Origin: Pristiophorus japonicus
Lineage: Eukaryota
DNA length: 64,000 nt
Assembly: GCF_044704955.1 (NCBI RefSeq)
Contig: NC_091996.1
Coordinates: 40,052,001-40,116,000, forward strand
Direction: 5' to 3'
This document shows, one piece after another, positions 55,101-64,000 of the stretch (its first letter is position 1; every line of letters begins with the position of its first letter). The notes beneath the pieces are model-generated. The model saw only the letters and a list, made by a program, of their open reading frames with translations. It did no database searches and was not told where the DNA came from. The translations under genes and the position numbers were made by a program.

Positions 55101-58100
55101 CCCTCCCGGCACCGCACCTCCTCCTGGCACAGCGTCCCCTCCCAGGCCCTCCTGGCACAGCGCCCCTCCCGGGCCCTCCCGGCACAGAGCCACCTCCCTG
55201 GCCCTCCCGGCACAGAGCCCACTCCCTGGCCCTCCCGGCACAGCGTCCCTTCCTGGTACAGCGCCCCCTCCCGGCACAGCGGCCCCTCCCGGACCCTCCT
55301 GGCACAGTGCGACCTCCTGGCCCAGCGCCCCAATCTTGGGCCCTCCTGGCACAGCGCCCCTTCCCGGGCCCTCCTGGCACAGCGCCGCCTCCCGGCACAG
55401 CGCCTCCTCCCGGGCTCTCCTGGCATGGCACCCCTCCCGGCACAGCGCCCCTTCGCGGGCCCTCCTGGCACAGCACCCCCTCCCAGCACAGCGCCACTTC
55501 CCAGGCCCTCCTGGCACAGCATCCCCTCCCGGCACAGCGTCCCCTTCCCTGACCCTCCCGGCACAGCGCCCCCTCGTGGGCCCTCCCGGCACAGCGCCCC
55601 CTCTCGGCACAGCGCAACCTCCCGGCCCTCCTGGCACAGCGCCCCCTCCCGGCTCAGAATCTCCTCCCAGCACAGCGCCCCCTCCCGGCGCTCCTGACAC
55701 AGCGTCCCCTCCCGGCACAGCGGCCCTCCTGACACAGCACCCCCTCCCGGCACAGCGCCCCCTCCCAGGCTCACCCGGCACAGCGCCCCTCGCAGGCCTC
55801 CTGGCACAGCGCCCCTTCCCGGGCCCTCCTGGCACAGCACCCCCTCCCAGCACAGCGCCCCTTCCCAGGCCCTCCTGGCACAGCGTCCCCTCTTGGCACA
55901 GCGTCCCCTTCCCTGACCCTCCCGGAACTGCGCCCCCTCCTGGGCCCTCCCGGCACAGTGGCCCCTCCCAGCACAGCGGCCCCCCCCCTGCCCTCCTGGC
56001 ACAGCGCCCCCCTCCCGACACAGCACCTCCTCCCGGCACAGCGCCCCCTCCCAGCCCTCCTGGCACAGCGCCTCCTCCTGGCACAGCGCCCTCTCCCGGG
56101 CCCTCCTGGCACAGCGCCCCCTCCCGGGCCCTCCCGGCACAGAGCCCCCACACGGGCCCTCCCGGCACAGCACCCCTTCCTGGTACAGCGCACCCTCCCA
56201 GCACAGCGCCGCTTCCCGGGCACCCCTGGCACAGCGCCTGCTCCCGGACCCTCCTGGCATAGCACCCCTCCCAGCACAGCGCCCCTTCCCGGGCCCTCCA
56301 GGCACAGCGCCCCCTCCCAGCACAGCGACTCCTCCCAGGCCCTCCAGGCATAGCGCCCGCTCCCGGGCCCTCCCGGCACAGCGCCCGCTCCCGGACCCTC
56401 CCGGCACAGCACCCCCTCCCGGACCCTCCCAGCACAGCGCTCGTTCCCGGACCCTACCGGCACAGTGCCACCTCCCGGACACTCCCGGCACAGCATCCCC
56501 TCCCTCGCAGCACAGCGCCCCCTCCCAGCACAGCGTTAGTTCCTTCCCGGCACAGCACCCCCTCCCGGCACAACGCCCCCTCACGGGCCCTCCTGGCACG
56601 GTGCCCCCTCCTGGCACAGCGCCACCTCCCGGGCCCTCCTGGCACAGCGCCCCCTCCCGGGTCCTCCCAGCTCAATGCCCTCCCGGGCCCTCCCGGCACA
56701 GCGCCCCCTCCCGGCACAGCTCCCCCTGCGGACCCTCCCGGTACAGCGCCCCCTCCCGGACTCTCCCGGCACAGCGCCCGCTCCCGTACCCTCCCGGCAC
56801 ACCGTCCCCTCCCTCCCGGCACAGCGCCCCCTCCCGGGTCCTCCCATCACAGTGTCAGTTCCCTCCCAGCACAGCGCCCCTCCCGGCACAGCGCCCCCTC
56901 CCGGGCCCTCTCGGCACAGCGCCCCCTCCCGGCACAGCGTCCCCTCCCTCCCGGCACAAAAACCGCTCCCGGCACAGCGCCCCCTCCCGGACCCTCCCGG
57001 CACAGCGCCCCCCTCCCAGGCCCTCTCGGCACAGCACCCCCTCCCGGCACAGCGGCCCCTCCCGGACCCTCTTGGCACAGCGCGACCTCCTGGCCCAGCG
57101 CCCCATCCTGGGCCCTCCTGGCACAGCGCCCCTTCCCGGGCCCTCCTGGCACAGCGCTGCCTCCCGGCACAGCGCCTCCTCCCGGGCTCTCCTGGCATGG
57201 CACCCCTCCCGGCACAGCGCCCCTTCCCGGGCCCTCCTGGCACAGCACCCCCTCCCAGCACAGCGTCCCTTTCCCTGACCCTCCCGGCACAGCGCCCCCT
57301 CGTGGGCCCTCCCGGCACAGCGCCCCCTCTCGGCACAGCGCAACCTCCCGGCCCTCCTGGCACAGCGCCCCCTCCCGGCACAGAATCTCCTCCCAGCACA
57401 GCGCCCCCTCCCGGCGCTCCTGACACAGCGTCCCCTCCCGGCACAGCGGCCCTCCTGACACAGCGCCCCCTCCCGGCACAGCGCCCCCTCCCAGGCTCAC
57501 CCGGCACAGCGCCCCTCGCAGGCCTCCTGGCACAGCGCCCCTTCCCGAGCCCTCCTGGCACAGCACCCCCTCCCAGCACAGCGCCCCTTCCCAGGCCCTC
57601 CTGGCACAGCGTCCCCTCCTGGCACAGCGTCCCCTTCCCTGACCCTCCCGGAACTGCACCCCCTCCTGGGCCCTCCCGGCACAGTGGCCCCTCCCAGCAC
57701 AGCGGACCCCCCGGCCCTCCTGGCACAGCGCCCCCCTCCCGACACAGCACCTCCTCCCGGCACAGCGCCCCCTCCCAGCCCGCCTGGCACAGCGCCTCCT
57801 CCTGGCACAGCGCCCTCTCCCGGGCCCTCCTGGCACAGCGCCCCCTCCCGGGCCCTCCCGGCACAGAGCCCCCACACGGGCCCTCCTGGCACAGCACCCC
57901 TTCCTGGTACAGCGCACCCTCCCAGCACAGCGCCCCTTCCCGGGCACCCCTGGCACAGCGCCCCCTCCTGGCACAGCGCCTGCTCCCGGACCCTCCTGGC
58001 ATAGCGCCCCTCCCAGCACAGCGCCCCCTCCCGGGCCCTCCTGGCACAGCGCCCCCTCCCAGCACAGCGACTCCTCCCAGGCCCTCCAGGCATAGCGCCC

Positions 58101-60690
58101 TCTCCCGGGCCCTCCCAGCACAGCGTCACGTCCCGGGCCCTCCTGGCACAGCAGCTCCTCCCGGGTCCTCCCAGCTCAATGCCCTCCCGGGCCCTCCCGG
58201 CGCAGCGCCCACTCCCAGCACAGCGCCCCCTCCCGGCACAGCGCCCCCTCCGGACCCTCCCGGTACAGCGCTCCCTCCCGGACCCTCCCGGCACAGCGCC
58301 CGCTCCCGTACCCTCCCGGCACACCGTCCCCTCCCTCCCGGCACAGCGCCCCCTCCCGGGTCCTCCCATCACAGTGTCAGTTCCCTCCCAGCACAGCGCC
58401 CCTCCCGGCACAGCGCCCCCTCCGGACCCTCCCGGTACAGCACCCCCTCCCGGACTCTCCCGGCACAGCGCCCGCTCCCGTACCCTCCCAGCACACCGTC
58501 CCCTCCCTCCCGGCACAGCGCCCCCTCCCGGGTCCTCCCATCACAGTGTCAGTTCCCTCCCAGCACAGCGCCCCTCCCGGCACAGCGCCCCTCCCGGCAC
58601 AGCGCCCCCTCCCGGGCCCTCTCGGCACAGCGCCCCCTCCCGGCACAGCGTCCCCTCCCTCCCGGCACAAAAACCGCTCCCGGCACAGCGCCCCCTCCCT
58701 GACCCTCCCGGCACAGCGCCCCCCTCCCAGGCCCTCTCGGCACAGCACCCCCTCCCGGCACAGCGCCCCCTCCCGGCACAGCGTCCCCTCCCTCCCAGCA
58801 CAGCGCCCCCTCCGGGCACAGCGCCCCCTCCCAGCACAGCGCCCCCTCCTGGGCTCTCCCGCCACACCGTCCCCTCCCGGCGCTCCTGACACAGCGCCCC
58901 CTCCCGGCACAGCGGCCCTCCAGACACAGCGCCCCCTCCCGGCACAGCGCCCCCTCCCGGCACAGCGCCCCTCGCAGGCCTCCTGGCACAGCGCTCCGTC
59001 CCGGGCCTTCCCGGCAGAGCGTCCACTTCCCGGGCCCTCCCGGCATAGCGCCCCCTCCCGGGCCCTCTCGACACAGCCCCCCATCCCGAGCCCTCCCGGC
59101 ACAACGCCCCTCCCAGGACCTCCCAGCACAGCGCCCCTTCCCGGGTCCTCCCAGCACAGTGCCCCCTCCCGCAACCTCGAGGCACAGCGACCCTCCCGTG
59201 CCCTCCCGGCACAGCACCCTCTCCCGGCATAGCGTCCTCTACCGGGCCCTTCCGGCACAGCGCCCCCCTCCCAGGCACTCCTGGCACAGCGCCCCCTCCC
59301 GGGTCCTCCCAGCTCAATGCCCTCCAGGGCCCTCCCGGCACAGCGCCCCCTCCCGGCACAGCGCCCCCTCCGGACCCTCCCGGTACAGCGCCCCCTCCCG
59401 GACCCTCCCGGCACAGCGCCCGCTCCCGTACCCTCCCGGCACACCGTCCCCTCCCTCCCGGCACAGCGCCCCCTCCCGGGTCCTCCCATCACAGTGTCAG
59501 TTCCCTCCCAGCACAGCGCCCCTCCCGGCACAGCGCCCCTCCCGGCACAGCGCCCCCTCCCGGGCCCTCTTGGCACAGCGCCCCCTCCCGGCACAGCGTC
59601 CCCTCCCTCCCGGCACAAAAACCGCTCCCGGCACAGCGCCCCCTCCCGGACCCTCCCGGCACAGCGCCCCCCTCTCAGGCCCTCTCGGCACAGCACCCCC
59701 TCCCGGCACAGCGCCCCCTCCCGGCACAGCGTCCCCTCCCTCCCGGCACAGCGCCCCTCCCGGCACAGCGCCCCCTCCCAGCACAGCGTCCCCTCCCGGG
59801 CTCTCCCGGCACACCGTCCCCTCCCTCCCGGCACAGCGCCCCCTCCCGGACCCTCCCGGCACAGCATCCCCTCCCTCGCAGCACACGCCCCCTCCCAGCA
59901 CAGCGTTAGTTCCTTACCGGCACAGTGCCCCCTCCCGGCACAACGACCATTCCCGGACCCTCCTGGCACGGCACCCCCTCCCGGCACAGCGCCACCTCCC
60001 GGGCCCTCCTGGCACAGCGCCCCCTCCCGGGTCCTCCCAGCTCAATGCCCTCCAGGGCCCTCCCGGCACAGCGCCCCCTCCCGGCACAGCGCCCCCTCCG
60101 GACCCTCCCGGTACAGCGCCCCCTCCCGGACCCTCCCGGCACAGCGCCCGCTCCCGTACCCTCCCGGCACACCGTCCCCTCCCTCCCGGCACAGCGCCCC
60201 CTCCCGGGTCCTCCCATCACAGTGTCAGTTCCCTCCCAGCACAGCGCCCCTCCCGGCACAGCGCCCCCTCCAGGTCCCTCTCGGCACAGCGCCCCCTCCC
60301 GGCACAGCGTCCCCTCCCTCCCGGCACAAAAACCCCTCCCGGCACAGCACCCCCTCCCGGACCCTCCCAGCACAGCGCCCCCCTCCCAGGCCCTCTCGGC
60401 ACAGCACCCCCTCCCGGCACAGCGCCCCCTCCCGGCACAGCGTCCCATCCCTCCCGGCACAGCACCCCCTCCCGGCACAGCGCCCCCTCCCAGCACAGCG
60501 CCCCCTCCCGGGTTCTCCCGGCACACCGTCCCCTCCCTCCCGGCACAACGCCCCCTCCCGGGTCCTCCCATCACAGTATCAGTTCCCTCCCAGCACAGCG
60601 CCCCTCCCGGCACAGCGCCCCCTCCCGGGCTCTCCCGGCACTGCGCCCCCTCCCGGGTCCTCCCGGCACGGCACCCCCAGCAGCGGCTCC
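49100..60690. repeat. 11.6-kb GC-rich satellite built from cccggcacagcgccccct and cccgggccct units, with higher-order duplications
   Basis: Directly visible; rare variants recur at kb spacings (ttgtcacagc at 50121/51351; ccatgcacag at 51091/52320/54151). Confidence 0.97.
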
Positions 60691-61049
60691 CAGTGATGGT
60701 GGCTGGAGCAGGAACGCACTGTCTGAGTGGAAACAGATTCAATAATCACCTTCAAAAGAGAATTGAAAGAAGACTTGCATTTCTATCGCGCCTTTTATGA
60801 CCACCGGACGTCTCAAAGTGCTTTACAGCCAGTGAAGTACTTTCGGAGTAAAACAGAAAAAGCTGTAAATCTCAGGCAGCATCTGAGCTCGGACCAGTGC
60901 AGCTATCAATAGATTGGTGGGGTCCCTGTACACAGGTCACTAAATGTAGGGGTCAGCTACAGAAAATAATCAGAAAGGCGAATGGAATGTTTAGCCTCTC
61001 TAATTGGAGGGCAAGAATATAATGGGGAGGCTTTACTGCAACAATACAA

Positions 61050-62525
61050 TCTAGTCTTCGAACACTCTCTTCTTCAAGCCGCCAAAGGCTGTGCTGGCGC
61101 ACTGGTGGCAGTGTTGACCTCATCATTGATGTCTGCCCTTGCTGATAATAGGCTCCCGAGGTATGGAAAATGGTCCACGTTATCGAGGGCCGCGCCATGG
61201 ATTTTGATGACCGGGGGGGGGGCAGTGCTGTTCGAAGATCAGGTTCTCCAATCTGACACCAAGTCTACAGGGCTGTAGTGATACCCGCCCTCCTGTATGG
61301 CTCAGGTTGGGGTCAGGTTGCTGGAGAACCTTTGTCTTATGGATGTTTAATGTAAGGCCCATGCTTTCGTACGCCTCGATGAAGATGTTGACTGTTATGT
61401 ATGCAACTCTATGTAACCAGCATTATACCACCACCAGAGGGCGTACCTGTTGGGGTCCCAAGGGATCCCAGCTTCCCTTGGGAGCACTGTAAATAAGCAG
61501 GCCTCCCATGCTGTACCAACACTCTGGAGTTAGAATAAAAGAACTAAGGTCACACTTACTCACGTCTACAGTACTCAAAGTTACATTACTTTATTTGAGA
61601 CATAACATTGACGATGACTTGGACTTCAGCCTCTGAACGTGCGCAGACGCAAGTGTCGTCCACGTACTGTAGCTCGATGACAGAGGATGGGACGGACTTG
61701 GACCTGGCCTGGAGGTGACAAAGGTTGAACAGGTTCCCACTGGTTCTATAGTTTAGTTCCACTCCAGCGGGGAGCTTGTTGAGTGTGAGGTGGAGCATTG
61801 CAGCGAGGAAGATCGAGCCTGAGAAAGAGAGTGTTCGAAGATCAGGTCCTCAAATCTGGCACAAAGTCTACAGGGCTGTAGTGATACCCGCCCTCCTGTA
61901 TGGCTCAGAGACATGGACCATATACAGTAGACACCTCAAATCGCTGGAGAAATACCACCAGCAATGTCTCCGCAAGATCCTGCAAATCCCCTGGGAGGAC
62001 AGACGCACCAACGTCAGTGTTCTCGATCAGGCCAACATCCCAAGCATCGAAGCACTGACCACATTCGAGCAGCTCCGTTGGGCGGGCCACATTGTTCGCA
62101 TGCCTGAAACAAGACTCCAAAAGCAAGCGCTCTACTCGGAACTCCTACACGACAAGCGAGCCCCAGGTGGGCAGAGGAAACGTTTCAAGGACACTCTCAA
62201 AGCATCCCTAATAAAGTGCAACATCCCCACTGACACCTGGGAATCCCTGGCCAAAGATCGCCCTAAGTGGAGGGAGTGCATCCGGGAGGGCGCTGAGCAC
62301 CTCGAGTCTCATCGCCGAGAGCATGCGTAAAACAAGCGCAGGCAGCGGAAGGAGCGTGCGGCAAACTAGTCCCACCCACCCTTTCCTTCAATGACTGTCT
62401 GTCCCAACTGTGCCAACTGTGACAGAGACTGTAGTTCCCGTATTAGACTGTACAGTCACCTGAGCTACTTTTGGAGTGGAAGCAAGTCTTCCTCGATTTT
62501 GAGGGACTACCTCTGATGATGATGA
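61050..62525. mobile_element. RTE-clade LINE with inverted 5' segment (minus 61050-61818, plus 61819-62525), inserted in a CR1 fragment
   Basis: Minus strand: IELQYVDD, MGLTLNIHKTKVL, VDHFPYLGS. Plus strand: LLYGSETWT, LRWAGHIVRM, GQRKRFKDTLK, (GAT)n tail. Confidence 0.88.
61393..61607 (+). mobile_element. Solo LTR (215 bp) with perfect 5-bp TSD
   Basis: TGTTATGT...ACATAACA termini; TTGAC at 61388-61392 and 61608-61612; internal AATAAA. Confidence 0.88.
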
Positions 62526-64000
62526 CAGCCTGGTCTGCCTGGTTACACCACATCTGGAGTACTGGGTGTCGTTCTGGGCACTGCATCTGAGAAAGGAAAT
62601 ATAGGTTTGCCAGAATTATGCCAGGGCTCCAAGGGTTACATTATGAGGAGAGATTACATAAATTACACTTGTACTCCCTGGAATTTAGAAGATTAAGGGG
62701 TGATTTGATTGAAGTTTTTAGGATTTGAAAGGGAAGATCGAGAGAAACCATTTCCTCTGGTGGTGGGAGTCCAGAACAAGGGGCAGCACCTTAAAATTAG
62801 AGCCAGGCTGCTTAGGGATGATCATCGAATCATGGAAAATTACAGCACAGAAGGAGGCCATTCGGCCCATCATGTCCATGCCGGCCGACCAAGAGCTATC
62901 CAGCCTAATCCCACTTTCCAGCTCTTGGTCCGTAGCCCTTCAGATTACGGCACTTCAAGTGCACATCCAAGTAACTTTTAAATGTGGTGAGGGGTCCTGC
63001 CTCTACCACCCTGTCAGGCAGTGAGTTCCAGACCCCCACCGCCCTCTCATTGAAGAAATTTTTCCTCATCGCCCCTCTAAACCTTCTACCAACAATTTAA
63101 ATCTATGCCCCCTGGTTATTGACCCCTCTGCTAAGGGAATATGTCCTTCCTATCCGCTCTATCTAGGCCCCTCATAATTTTATACACCTCAATTAAATCT
63201 CCCCTCAACCTCCTCTGTTCCAAGGAAAACAACCCCAGCCTATTCAATCTTTCCTCATAGCTAAAATTCTCCAGTTCTGGGAACATTCTCGTAAATCTCC
63301 TCTGTACCTTCTCTTGTACATTCACATCCTTCCTGTAATGTGGTGACCAGAACTGCACGCAGTACTCCAGCTGTGGCCTAACTAGTGTTTTGTACAGTTC
63401 AAGCGTAACCATCCTGCTCTTGTATTCTATGCCTCGGCTAATAAAGGCAAGCATTCCGTATGCCTTTCTAACTACCTTATCGACCTGTCTTGCTACATTT
63501 AAGGATCTGTGGACATATACTCCAAGATCCCTCTGTTCCTCCACACCTCTCCATATCCTCCCATTTATTGTGTATTCTCTTGCCTTGTTGTCCCTCCCCA
63601 AATGCATTACCTCACATTTCTCCGGATTGAATTCCATTTGCCCAACTGACCAGTCCATCGATATCTTCCTGCAGTCAGATTCAGGTGAATTTATAATGGG
63701 GAACAAAGAAATGTTAGACCAGTTAAACAAATACTTTGGCTCTGTATTCACGAAGGAAGACACAAATAACATTCCGGAAATACTAGGGGACCAAGGGTCT
63801 AGTGAGAAGGAGGAACTGAAGAATGTCCTTATAAAGCGGGAAATTGTGTTAGGGAAATTGATGGGATTGAAGGCCAATAAATTCCCGGGGCCTGATAGTC
63901 TGCATCCCAGAGTACTTAAGGAAGTGACCATAGAAATAGTGGATGCATTGGTGATCATTTTCCAACAGTCTATTGACTCTGGATCAGTTCCTATGGACTG
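62526..64000. mobile_element. CR1 fragments: plus 62526-62820, minus 62825-63676, plus 63677-64000
   Basis: ORF 63131..63958 (LEYCVQFWSP...); plus-strand segment with FGSVFTKED and GPDSLHPRVLKE. Confidence 0.9.

Noticed and set aside
48915-60800. Very long Pro/Gly/Arg-rich ORFs (up to 927 aa) on both strands
   Set aside because: They overlap in all frames and are translations of a stop-poor GC satellite; there is no domain content.

Overview
Eukaryotic (vertebrate) genomic DNA. The repeat repertoire suggests a cartilaginous fish/shark; this is an inference. The window holds one complete protein-coding gene, WDR5, on the minus strand. It has 13 coding exons from 37380 to 10415 (1002 nt, 333 aa + stop), a probable non-coding exon 1 in a CpG island near 48944-49090, and a 3' UTR that probably ends near 8460. 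The rest is mostly repeats: nested CR1-clade LINEs, RTE, L2 and Tx1-like LINE fragments, tRNA-derived Deu-type SINEs, solo LTRs, and many mini/microsatellites. The main oddities are: (1) an 11.6-kb GC-rich satellite abutting the WDR5 5' end, whose monomer is a near-consensus CTCF motif in uniform orientation with kb-scale higher-order duplications; (2) a sense CR1 fragment starting at +4 of the exon 13 splice donor, in frame with WDR5 and ending in a stop codon embedded in AATAAA; (3) a GC-AG intron; (4) a TSD-bounded bipartite RTE-derived element; (5) a 5'-inverted RTE carrying a nested solo LTR. Most long ORFs in the supplied track are repeat artefacts. Exon numbering and comparisons with human WDR5 rely on recall, not a database search.
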